This document shows, in pieces, positions 45,301 through 53,687 of a stretch of 64,000 bases of DNA; position 1 is the first letter of the stretch; each line of letters starts with the position of its first letter. A program made the position numbers and the translations under genes. The notes below the pieces were generated by a model that saw only the letters and a program-made list of their open reading frames with translations, had not been told where the DNA came from and did no database searches. Origin of the DNA: a virus; the IMG/VR virus record IMGVR_UViG_3300045988_147927, positions 1-64,000 of that record. One strand, written 5' to 3'.

Positions 45301-45854
45301 ATATACAAGGTATAACAGATTCTATTAATGGTGGTATGTTTACTACTACACTTGATTTACAGAAAAATAGTGATGAAGTTAAGAAAAAGAAAAAAGGAAA
45401 GGAAAAGAATAAAGTGGATGAAACAAAAGGACATGATGTAGGTGATGGTAAATACTGGGTTAAACAAAGTGGCAAGGTATCTTTAGAGGGTGCTATAAGT
45501 GGGATACCTAGTGCTTTAGATATGTTAGGTAAGTGGTTCTATGATAGGTCAGGGCATAAGTTGGTTGTTACCTCTGTTACTGATGGAGACCATGCATATG
45601 GTGAACACTGTCATGCTAATGGTTGGAAGATGGATGTCAATGATTGGTATGGGCCAGAGGGGTTACAAGGTGGATTAATTATTAATAGTGATGATACACC
45701 TGGCTCGATTTGTCTTGACTTTATTGAATATGGTAGGTCTATAGGTCTAGGTATGAATTTTGAGGGAGACCATATAGATATTCAAATGGATGGCACTGAG
45801 TGGAATGAAAATAATCCTGGTGGTGCTAAAGATAATGGTGGTTTTAGAGGATAG
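42360..45854 (+). CDS. baseplate hub multidomain protein, exon 2 (1164 codons) with SGNH-like and LAS/M15-like peptidase domains
   Basis: Begins RKGQVIEDISLIGKALKYTLAFEGPALTLTLNC (hub-type beta region). It has a poly-Thr linker (T9), then VVFVGDFRVRDL...YFMLGHNDI...VVSVLPV (SGNH-like), a long Lys-rich repeat region, and C-terminal SGHKLVVTSVTDGDHAYGEHCHANGWKMDV (zinc D,D-/L,D-peptidase-like). Confidence 0.65.
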   Translation, partial: RKGQVIEDISLIGKALKYTLAFEGPALTLTLNCVAEADVKTTQKLNMEFSAEKFGGKPSDIVRALCEKAHIKIGRIVETKPILGDDGKPKEFKMGSRTMREFIADELLEKATPTDSDKPGYKFFLQVVDGEEKAFFVPNDMYGDMTVITYKKMEETTTTTTTTTTSNDKPSGLSPYQKVMGVSTPILGHTRDTNVSVVGDGKVVFVGDFRVRDLQNSVPDNKDLMYIYDDKANYRWLKDNFELIESKLHMGYRVYFMLGHNDIDNILNYVEFYNKVAKELDTKGVQVFVVSVLPVFMGKTDLHNSNIQRFNNAINQNRVRELHYVNIYGDILKTLRSNNTKQDGISYNNRLMQDVYNRIVYYREDLTTSKNIGLSRSNIINGLEFVTHTLPDMLNTNSYQGNVSDDEYYGSFIGVEEDTSNLVALALADASNEDIANLLSEMTLWKMYLEDENNKVSKVGILGSDKTESIDKSKLQFDKNKLVNAFIDVLDKKGYTKEVKEYVSLVNTFTDTIKDKKLDTTDKYVNALTMLSSKLGKDSSISKTITNVVKVITENKDKVLNVKDKKISYDDLATDIVSKLLPNQSANISKITDKVSSIMKLDRDKIKKGDYSELQGMLAKELGINDKDINKYVEIGKTISEIYKNREYFDIKDLSLVSTDLLKSVVGEEKVKKVEKYIDTAQNLYKAFSGAKDIKDINSAVTSLSDVLGKNTKINRYIDTARSFMDIINKGSVGTGIINTNNGISKIINDRLPNIAQAGTLGGVVASTVGISPTSTKEVLKAYVPKGVDSGVTKVNGSPTDGTKTGQSSNVTKDGISDEEMKKGVRSVTFGGKKTKMEICGEYEIYTGRPDGRVISFSPEFESDNIATNKVPTSALTIDGVRNEMLECTIEGVGGALASDAYMERSNQEGSSNVGVVLGMSGSSFKNLESSAASMWSRYFSSVYGASLEILGDTRVKFQGHIKIAVYTKYGFLHHTSGIYNIQGITDSINGGMFTTTLDLQKNSDEVKKKKKGKEKNKVDETKGHDVGDGKYWVKQSGKVSLEGAISGIPSALDMLGKWFYDRSGHKLVVTSVTDGDHAYGEHCHANGWKMDVNDWYGPEGLQGGLIINSDDTPGSICLDFIEYGRSIGLGMNFEGDHIDIQMDGTEWNENNPGGAKDNGGFRG

Positions 45855-45861
45855 AAGTTAA

Positions 45862-46680
45862 ATGTCTATACGCAATGATGATTTTAGTGGTAGTCTAAGG
45901 ACACCTACTGAACTTAGTGGTATATATCGTGCTAGGGTTGAGAATAATGTAGACCCTTTACATATAGGTAGGGTTCAAATACGTGTGCCAATGGTTCATA
46001 AAACAGTTTCTAGTGGTGGTACCTCTAATGATATGTTGCCTTGGGCCAGCTACTGTTCGTCTATAGGTGCTGGGTACAATTATGGTTCTTTTATTGTTCC
46101 TGAGATAGGTGAGTATGTGTGGGTTATGTTTGAAGATAATGACCCAGAGAAGCCTGTATACCTAGGTTCTGTTTTTGGTACTGACTCTACTCTTGAAAAG
46201 AGGTATGGTAGTGATGATACTACTGGTGTTTGGAGTGGTGTAGTTGGTGCTAATGAGGTTCCCATTGAATCACAAAGAGAGAGTCCATCTCATAAGATGA
46301 TTTATAAATCCAGACACGGTACTATGATGTACTTCGATACCGATGATAAGACAAATTCCTTTGGTGTTGAGGATGCCAATAATCAGAAGTTCAAGATATC
46401 ATCTGTAGAGGGGAAAACATTCACATTAATGGAAGGTGAGAATAATGTGGTTGTTAAGATACATGATGGTAGGGTTGACATCGGTTATGAGGGTGGTAGA
46501 GGTATTCAAGTTATACCAAGTGATGGAAATATAGTATTAAAGGCTAGTGGTGCTACTATAACATTATCAGATTCCATTACTATGAAAGCAGATAGTGTTA
46601 GTGTTAAATCAAGTTCATTTAGTGTTAAGTCTGATGATATTAAGATGACAGCTGGGAATGTTAAGATTATAGAGACATAG
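45862..46680 (+). CDS. baseplate central spike (gpV / gp5 OB-fold, VgrG-like)
   Basis: GIYRARVENNVDPLHIGRVQIRVPMVH...LPWASY...GEYVWVMFEDNDPEKPVYLGS. Confidence 0.8.
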   Translation: MSIRNDDFSGSLRTPTELSGIYRARVENNVDPLHIGRVQIRVPMVHKTVSSGGTSNDMLPWASYCSSIGAGYNYGSFIVPEIGEYVWVMFEDNDPEKPVYLGSVFGTDSTLEKRYGSDDTTGVWSGVVGANEVPIESQRESPSHKMIYKSRHGTMMYFDTDDKTNSFGVEDANNQKFKISSVEGKTFTLMEGENNVVVKIHDGRVDIGYEGGRGIQVIPSDGNIVLKASGATITLSDSITMKADSVSVKSSSFSVKSDDIKMTAGNVKIIET

Positions 46681-46687
46681 AGTTAAA

Positions 46688-46714
46688 TAGAGGTACGATT
46701 CGTACCTCTATTTT
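46688..46714 (+). terminator. rho-independent terminator
   Basis: Stem TAGAGGTACG / CGTACCTCTA followed by TTTT. Confidence 0.65.
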
Positions 46715-46853
46715 AGTGTAAAAAATTCATGTTAATTTTAGTATGGTATTCGATTATAAATATATGTGAGTGTTTAGAGTTGATTACTTTGTGTTTGGTT
46801 GATAAGTGTATTCTGTAGAAGTAGTTTTTATGATGTTTAGTGTATCTTCTTAC

Positions 46854-48235
46854 TGAAAGGTTGTTTTTATAGTATGTATATATCATAATCATCTTGTAAA
46901 AATAGAAAGTGGGGTGATAATAATGTACTTAACAATGAAGCAACAAGTAAAGCATTTAACTAAAGAAGAATATAATATTTTAAGAGAGTTGTGCAGAATA
47001 TCAAAGAATTTAACTAATCAAGCAATTTATAATATTAGACAATATTATTTTCAAGAAAAACAATATTTAAGGTATGAGTCTAACTATCATGAGTTAAAAA
47101 ATTCTGAGAATTATAAGTTGTTAAATTCTAATATGGCTCAACAGACCATTAAAGGTGTTGACTCAATGTTTAAGTCATTTTTTGCTTTAATTAGATTAGC
47201 AAAACAAGGTAAATATAGTTTTAAGCATATAAGATTGCCTAATTATTTACCTAAAGATGGGTATTCATGTTTAATTATTGCTCAGTTTAGTATTAAAGAT
47301 GGTAATGTTTTAATGATTCCATATTCTAATGCTTTTAATAAAAAATACAAAACAAGAGTTAGTGTTAGAGTTCCTAAAGTATTAGAAGATAAAAAGATAA
47401 AAGAAATTAGAATTATACCTAAATTTAATGCTAGGTTCTTCGAGATTCAATATACTTATGAAATTCAAGGAGAAAATATACAATTAAATACTAACAATGC
47501 ACTGGCTATTGATTTAGGGGTTAATAATTTGTGTACTTGCGTAACAAACATAGGCAAATCTTTTATTATTGATGGAAGAAAGTTAAAGTCTATCAATCAA
47601 TTCTTTAATAAGAGAAATGCGAGATTACAGTCCATTAAAGATAAGCAAAATATCAAGAAACAAACAAAGCAACAATATTTAATCTCTCAAAAGAGAAAGA
47701 ATAGAGTTGAGGATTATATCAATAAAGCATGTAGGTATATTATTAATTATTGTTTGTCTAATGATATTGGTATTTTAGTTATTGGTTATAATCAGTCATT
47801 TCAAAGTAAAGCTAATTTAGGGAATATAAACAATCAAACTTTTACTCAATTACCTTTTGGTAGGGTTAGAGATAAGTTAGATTGTTTATGCAAACGATAT
47901 AATATGAATTATATTCTACAAGAAGAATCTTATACGTCTAAAGCTAGTTTCTTTGATAATGATATTCTACCTATTTATAATGCGGATAATCCACAAACCT
48001 ATGAGTTTAGTGGTAAACGTATCAAAAGAGGTTTATACCAAACTAAAAATAATTATCGTTTTAATGCAGATTGTAATGGAGCATTAAATATTCTTCGTAA
48101 AAGTAAAGCTGTAGACTTAACAGTCTTATGCAGTAGGGGCGAACTGGACACGCCTAAAAGAATAAGGGTTTATTAGGATATCAAACTTCTTAATAAAATG
48201 ACTTTATGTTGTTTTTAGAATCATAGGATGTTCAG
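46854..48235 (+). mobile_element. TnpB-only IS200/IS605-type element C (second lineage)
   Basis: Sequence shared with 52250..53652 starts at TGAAAGGTTGTTTTTATAGTA, directly after TTAC (46850-46853), and ends ...GAATCATAGGATGTTCAG (48235). The flanks are unrelated between copies. Confidence 0.65.
46923..48176 (+). CDS. tnpB: TnpB-family protein, zinc-finger-less lineage
   Basis: AIDLGVNNL (RuvC-I Asp) ... LVIGYNQSFQSKANLG ... QEESYTSKASF ... FNADCNGALNILRK (RuvC-III Asp). 418 aa. Confidence 0.8.
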   Translation: MYLTMKQQVKHLTKEEYNILRELCRISKNLTNQAIYNIRQYYFQEKQYLRYESNYHELKNSENYKLLNSNMAQQTIKGVDSMFKSFFALIRLAKQGKYSFKHIRLPNYLPKDGYSCLIIAQFSIKDGNVLMIPYSNAFNKKYKTRVSVRVPKVLEDKKIKEIRIIPKFNARFFEIQYTYEIQGENIQLNTNNALAIDLGVNNLCTCVTNIGKSFIIDGRKLKSINQFFNKRNARLQSIKDKQNIKKQTKQQYLISQKRKNRVEDYINKACRYIINYCLSNDIGILVIGYNQSFQSKANLGNINNQTFTQLPFGRVRDKLDCLCKRYNMNYILQEESYTSKASFFDNDILPIYNADNPQTYEFSGKRIKRGLYQTKNNYRFNADCNGALNILRKSKAVDLTVLCSRGELDTPKRIRVY

Positions 48236-48263
48236 AAATATATGTTAGAAGGGGTGATGATTT

Positions 48264-48743
48264 TTGGCTTTTTATTACAATAATGAATTTAAGGATACAA
48301 TAGCTGGTAGAGGATTATCACTTAATAATACTTTTACAGTAAATTATAGAGATGGTAAAGGGGTAACAAATGTAATTAGTGGTGAGGAGAAGATAAACGA
48401 GAGTATATTCTCAATTCTATCGACTAGGGTAGGTGAAAGGTTTTTCGTGCCAGAGTTTGGTAGTCGATTACATTTAGTACTTTTTGAGCAAAATAAATAT
48501 ATTGCTCAGGATTTGATATCTATTTATATACGAGAAGCATTGTCTAACTGGGAAAAGAGGATTGTTGTTGAGGATGTGGCTTTAGGAGATGGGTGGGAGG
48601 ATTCTAATGTTGTTCCAATTCATATTACCTATAGTCTTGCTAACAGTAATGTCATGGGTTCATATGTATACCCTTTTAATAGGAGTATAGATGGTGTTGA
48701 TATGTATGATTTAGGGAGTTCTAACAATATAACAGCTTATTAG
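48264..48743 (+). CDS. baseplate wedge protein gp25 / GPW-like
   Basis: INESIFSILSTRVGERFFVPEFGSRLHLVLFEQN is the gp25-like signature. TTG start after GAAGGGGTG. Confidence 0.8.
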   Translation: MAFYYNNEFKDTIAGRGLSLNNTFTVNYRDGKGVTNVISGEEKINESIFSILSTRVGERFFVPEFGSRLHLVLFEQNKYIAQDLISIYIREALSNWEKRIVVEDVALGDGWEDSNVVPIHITYSLANSNVMGSYVYPFNRSIDGVDMYDLGSSNNITAY

Positions 48744-48760
48744 AAAGGGGGTTTTACTTT

Positions 48761-50206
48761 TTGGCTAGTAGCAATAATTCAATGTCTTATACTGGAAGAG
48801 ATATTGTCAGTATAAGGAAAGAATTGATAAATACAATACCTACGTTGACAGATAAGTGGACTGATTTTAATGAGTCTGATTTAGGTATGGTGTTGGTTGA
48901 GTTAATGGCTGGTGTACAAGATATGCAAAACTTCTATCTTGATACACAGGCTTTTGAAACATATAGTGATACTGCGGTTCAAGATAAGAATGTTAGAGCA
49001 TTACTACGTTCTATGAATTATAGGATACCGTTGGCTAAATCAGCTGAGTGTATAGTAAGGATTACATTTGTTAATAATGACATACGAGATATAACCATTC
49101 CTAAATATACGTCGTTTACGAGTAGTGTTAATACAAGTGTTATTAATTATGTTGCTAAAGATACAGTAACAAAGAGTGGTAATTTTGATTATATTGATAT
49201 ACCAGTTATGGAGGGTATTGCTAGGTCTATAACATGGAGTAAGGATGATTTTATATCTAATGTCAATGTAGATGGTGATATATCTAGAAGAATTTATTTA
49301 GGGTATAAGAATGTTTCTGATGGTTCTGTTGAAATTGTTCAGAGTGGTAATGTTTGGGAAGAGTGTGATGATGCTCTATTAAAATATGAAGGTGGTCGGT
49401 GGTTTTCTGTTCATGCAGATGCTGAAGGTCAGGTATATGTTTTAATGTCTGTCAATTTTTTACAACTGATTGAAGATGGCGAGACTATTACATTTAATTT
49501 TGTAACAACAAGTGGTATGCAGGGTGTTGTTGATATGGATGTAATAAATACCATAAATATGAGTATTCAAGGTGTTCAGAGGATATATAATACAACTAAG
49601 TCATATGATTCAGCTGATGTTCCTAGTAGTTCTGATTTACAAGATATGAAAGTACTTGCTAGAAGAAATGCTGTTACAATGGGTAGACTTATTACTTTAG
49701 AAGATTTTGAGACAGCTTTATATAAGAATCCTTATATTTATAGTGCAGTTGTTAAGGATTGGAAATATAGTGATTATGTAGATGAGCCTTATATTGTTAA
49801 AATATGGGCTGTAAATAATCTTGGTGAGTCTTTAGGCGAGTTGACTAGAGAAAAGTTAAAAAAGGATTTAATGTCTAAGGCTATTGCTGATGTGACTGTT
49901 CAAGTGTTGGAAGTAGAGAATGTTAATTTTGATATAGATGTTGATGTTGTGTTATCTCTTGACAATGCAACAGCTAGAGAGAGATTAAGGACAGAGATTA
50001 AAAACTATTTATCCACTAAATATCGAACTGAGGTAATGGGGTTTGGTGAGACAATATCATATTCATTACTAACTTCTAGGGTTCAAGCATATTCACCTTA
50101 TGTAAAAGATGTCAGGGTTAAGACACCTAATAAAGATATAAAAGTTGGTAATATACAATTCCCTAAACTTGGAAATGTTGTTGTTAATTTAGTAGATGAA
50201 TTATAG
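48761..50206 (+). CDS. baseplate J-like protein (gp6 / gpJ family)
   Basis: TDFNESDLGMVLVELMAGVQDMQNFYLDTQAFETY and its position after the gp25-like gene. Confidence 0.75.
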   Translation: MASSNNSMSYTGRDIVSIRKELINTIPTLTDKWTDFNESDLGMVLVELMAGVQDMQNFYLDTQAFETYSDTAVQDKNVRALLRSMNYRIPLAKSAECIVRITFVNNDIRDITIPKYTSFTSSVNTSVINYVAKDTVTKSGNFDYIDIPVMEGIARSITWSKDDFISNVNVDGDISRRIYLGYKNVSDGSVEIVQSGNVWEECDDALLKYEGGRWFSVHADAEGQVYVLMSVNFLQLIEDGETITFNFVTTSGMQGVVDMDVINTINMSIQGVQRIYNTTKSYDSADVPSSSDLQDMKVLARRNAVTMGRLITLEDFETALYKNPYIYSAVVKDWKYSDYVDEPYIVKIWAVNNLGESLGELTREKLKKDLMSKAIADVTVQVLEVENVNFDIDVDVVLSLDNATARERLRTEIKNYLSTKYRTEVMGFGETISYSLLTSRVQAYSPYVKDVRVKTPNKDIKVGNIQFPKLGNVVVNLVDEL

Positions 50207-50214
50207 GTGTTGTA

Positions 50215-51522
50215 ATGAAATTAGTTGATAAATTAAGAAATAATAAGTATATGACACTTATTCCGGATAAATACAAAGAGAATGAAAATTTTCTAGTATT
50301 TTTCCATCTACTAATAACTCAATTCAATATTAATGAAGAGAACATAAGGAATTTTACTAATTTAATTAATAATGATAAAGTACCTATGAAGTTTTTACAG
50401 AATCTAGGTGCATTTGTCAATTACTCCTATCAGCATTTAGCTAAGAATGATTTTAATCGTGAGTTGTCAATGCGTATGCATAATATATGGGAACAGAGGG
50501 GTAGTAAGAAGTCTATAGTTGATGCCGCCACGTATGGTGATAACATAGGGTGGGTAGGTGGGGATTTATGGATACCTGGTTATTATAAGCCATCAGCAAT
50601 AGCTGGGTTTGAGTTGCCAAGAGATAGGATTTTTAGACATAGTGTTTCTAAATTTTCTAGTACTCATGTCTTTGAAGATGGTAAGACATATATGCCTGGT
50701 GTTATATTACTCTCTGTACCTAATTTGACTAGGTTAGTAAAAAAACGTATATACGAGGTTACTCCTGCTGGTAGAAAGTATATATTTCAGATTGAATCTT
50801 CGTTCTTCCCTAATGATGGGATAGATAAATTAGATATAGGTTCTTATAATGAGTTGTCTTTTTATAAGAGAATGAGGGTATATCCTAAAGACATTAATGA
50901 AGAGAATCCACCATATGACAGGGATACAGATATAGATTTCACATATGAGATTGATATGATGGCTAATATGGATGAGTTTTTTAACATACTTATTCATAGT
51001 GAAAATAGAGGTAAGAAGTATCATAGTGGACATTTAACAAATATAACTAACTATGGGTATGAGATGAATATGTCAGCATCTATGTTACCAGTAAGTTTTT
51101 TATCTCATAAATTCCCTGTAAATGGTAATGATTCTCTACCTGACAATGCATATAAAAAATCTAAGACTGGTGAATATTTAGATACTTATAACAATAAAGG
51201 GATAGATTCTATTATGAGGGATATATCTCTTATCAATGATAATAATGTAGATTTAGATGTTCATAGAGAAGTTAGGTTGACTGCTATACGGAGTGAGAGT
51301 TCTTCTAGTAGGTCAGGGAATGGTAAGATGAGTGGTATAACATCTAGTATTGTTGATGCTTTTGTAGAATCTGAGCCTATATTACCTAGCGATTGTTTGT
51401 ATTCTGTTGATGATGTTGCTGATTTGAATGAAAATTGTTTTAGAGATGAATTTTATTCAAGTGGTGTACAGATAAATGGTGATAGAGAGTATCCGTGGAG
51501 ATTGTCTTTAACTCATATATAG
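50215..51522 (+). CDS. baseplate wedge / tail protein I-like
   Basis: Synteny after the J-like gene. N-terminal LIPDKYKENENFLVFFHLL...LQNLGAFVN pattern. Confidence 0.5.
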   Translation: MKLVDKLRNNKYMTLIPDKYKENENFLVFFHLLITQFNINEENIRNFTNLINNDKVPMKFLQNLGAFVNYSYQHLAKNDFNRELSMRMHNIWEQRGSKKSIVDAATYGDNIGWVGGDLWIPGYYKPSAIAGFELPRDRIFRHSVSKFSSTHVFEDGKTYMPGVILLSVPNLTRLVKKRIYEVTPAGRKYIFQIESSFFPNDGIDKLDIGSYNELSFYKRMRVYPKDINEENPPYDRDTDIDFTYEIDMMANMDEFFNILIHSENRGKKYHSGHLTNITNYGYEMNMSASMLPVSFLSHKFPVNGNDSLPDNAYKKSKTGEYLDTYNNKGIDSIMRDISLINDNNVDLDVHREVRLTAIRSESSSSRSGNGKMSGITSSIVDAFVESEPILPSDCLYSVDDVADLNENCFRDEFYSSGVQINGDREYPWRLSLTHI

Positions 51523-51581
51523 TTAGTAATATATAATATTGTAATATTTAATAGAGTGATAGTTGTGGAGGTATAAATACT

Positions 51582-52124
51582 TTGGCTATTTGTACATTAA
51601 AAGCTCATGTATCAAGAGCTTTAGATTTTTATAAAAAAGATGATATTTATTTTGCTATAGGTAAAGGTTCTCAATGGACTGCATCTGATTTAGAAAACTT
51701 TGATACCACTAGGGATTATGATATGAATCCACCAGTACCTAAAAATACTGATGATATGAAAGAGTTGATTGGTTTTAAAAAGTCTGAGTTTAAGGCTTTG
51801 GTAATTCAAGATGACAATGGTTCATTGGAGTATCGTGGCGTTAATTGGAGAATTGTTAGTCCTGATGATGCTATTACGCAAGGTGCTAGGTGGGTATATG
51901 TTTCTACTGAATTGTCTTATGATGAGTTGCCTACAGATAAACCATATCGTCAGGTTGGTATTTATACTGGACTAAGGAAGTCAGAGTCAGTACAGGGTAA
52001 TGTGTATAATTTATTACCTAATCAGGTTGTAGATAAAGGTTTGTTAGAAGTAATAGATTATCGTAAACCTGTATATAGGGATACTGATGTTAGGGAAAAA
52101 TTAAAAATTATTTTAGAATTTTAG
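51582..52124 (+). CDS. hypothetical structural protein
   Basis: 180-aa ORF; TTG start after GGAGGT. Confidence 0.6.
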   Translation: MAICTLKAHVSRALDFYKKDDIYFAIGKGSQWTASDLENFDTTRDYDMNPPVPKNTDDMKELIGFKKSEFKALVIQDDNGSLEYRGVNWRIVSPDDAITQGARWVYVSTELSYDELPTDKPYRQVGIYTGLRKSESVQGNVYNLLPNQVVDKGLLEVIDYRKPVYRDTDVREKLKIILEF

Positions 52125-52249
52125 CCGTGAGATGTGGATAGTAAAGGTTCTAGGAAACTATCACATAGTGGTAGTTCTTATACTATCCAACTAAGACATC
52201 TAATTGATTTTAGAAATATGGTTCTAAAAATGTCCTATAAGATTTTTAC

Positions 52250-53652
52250 TGAAAAGTTGTTTTTATAGTAAAAACATATTATAATCATCTTGTAATATAA
52301 TAGAAAGCGAGGTGATATTAATGTACTTAACGATAAAGCAACAGGTAAAACATTTAACTAAAGAAGAATATAATATTTTAAGAGAATTGTGTAGAATATC
52401 AAAGAATTTAACTAATCAAGCAATTTATAATGTAAGACAGCATTATTTTCAAGAAAAACAATATTTGAGATATGAAGCGAATTATCATGAATTAAAGAAT
52501 TGTGAAAACTATAAATTGTTGAATTCTAATATGGCTCAACAGACTCTTAAAAATGTTGATTCAATGTTTAAATCATTCTTCGCTTTGATTAGATTAGCAA
52601 AACAGAGTAAATACAGTTTTAAATATATAAAGTTACCTAAATATTTACCTAAAAATGGTTATGCAAATTTAATCATTCAAATGATTAATATTAAAGATAG
52701 CATAATAACACTTCCTGTTTCTAATGCTTTTAAGAAAAAACTTGATAGGAGACTTAAAGTTCAAATTAAAATTCCTAAGGTGTTAGAAGATAAAAAGATA
52801 AAGCAGATTCAAATTATTCCTAAATTTAATGCTAGGTTCTTCGAGATTCAGTATACATATGAGATTCAAGAAGAAGAAATTAAATTAGATATCAACAATG
52901 CACTAGCTATTGATTTAGGAGTTAATAATTTGTGTACTTGTGTTACTAACATAGGTAAATCTTTTATTGTAGATGGGAGAAAGTTAAAATCTATCAATCA
53001 ACTTTTTAATAAACAAAATGCAAGATTGCAGTCTATTAGAGATAAGCAAAATATTCTTAGACAGACAAAACAACAATTCTTAATCTCTCAAAAGAGAAAG
53101 AATAGAGTTGATGATTATATTAATAAAACGTGTCGATATATTATTAATTATTGTTTGTCTAATGATATTGGTACTTTAGTTATTGGTTATAATCCGTCAT
53201 TTCAAAATAAGGCTAATCTAGGGAAGAAAACTAATCAAACTTTTACTCAATTACCTTTTGGTAGGGTTAGAGATAAGTTAGAATATTTATGTAAACGATA
53301 TAATATTAATTATATTTTACAAGAAGAATCTTATACTTCTAAAGCTAGTTTCTTTGATAATGATGAGTTACCTGTTTATAATGCGGATAATCCACAAACA
53401 TATGAATTTAGTGGTAAACGTGTTAGAAGAGGTTTATACCAAACTAGAAACAATTATCTTTTTAATGCAGATTGTAATGGTGCATTAAATATTCTTCGTA
53501 AAAGTAGAGCTGTAGACCTAAGGGTCTTATGCAGTAGGGGCGAACTGGACACGCCTAAGAGAATAAGGGTTTCTTAGTAAACCAAACTTCTTAATAAAGA
53601 GACTTTTTAAGTTTCTTTTAGAATCATATGACTAAAATCATGTGATGTTCAG
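52250..53652 (+). mobile_element. TnpB-only IS200/IS605-type element D (second lineage)
   Basis: Starts TGAAAAGTTGTTTTTATAGTA directly after TTAC (52246-52249) and ends ...TGTGATGTTCAG (53652). Homologous to element C throughout. Confidence 0.65.
52321..53577 (+). CDS. tnpB: TnpB-family protein, zinc-finger-less lineage (paralogue of 46923..48176)
   Basis: Collinear with copy C, with most residues identical and the same motifs. 419 aa. Confidence 0.8.
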   Translation: MYLTIKQQVKHLTKEEYNILRELCRISKNLTNQAIYNVRQHYFQEKQYLRYEANYHELKNCENYKLLNSNMAQQTLKNVDSMFKSFFALIRLAKQSKYSFKYIKLPKYLPKNGYANLIIQMINIKDSIITLPVSNAFKKKLDRRLKVQIKIPKVLEDKKIKQIQIIPKFNARFFEIQYTYEIQEEEIKLDINNALAIDLGVNNLCTCVTNIGKSFIVDGRKLKSINQLFNKQNARLQSIRDKQNILRQTKQQFLISQKRKNRVDDYINKTCRYIINYCLSNDIGTLVIGYNPSFQNKANLGKKTNQTFTQLPFGRVRDKLEYLCKRYNINYILQEESYTSKASFFDNDELPVYNADNPQTYEFSGKRVRRGLYQTRNNYLFNADCNGALNILRKSRAVDLRVLCSRGELDTPKRIRVS

Positions 53653-53687
53653 TTTAGAGTTTTAGTTAGTTTGAGGGAATATATAGA

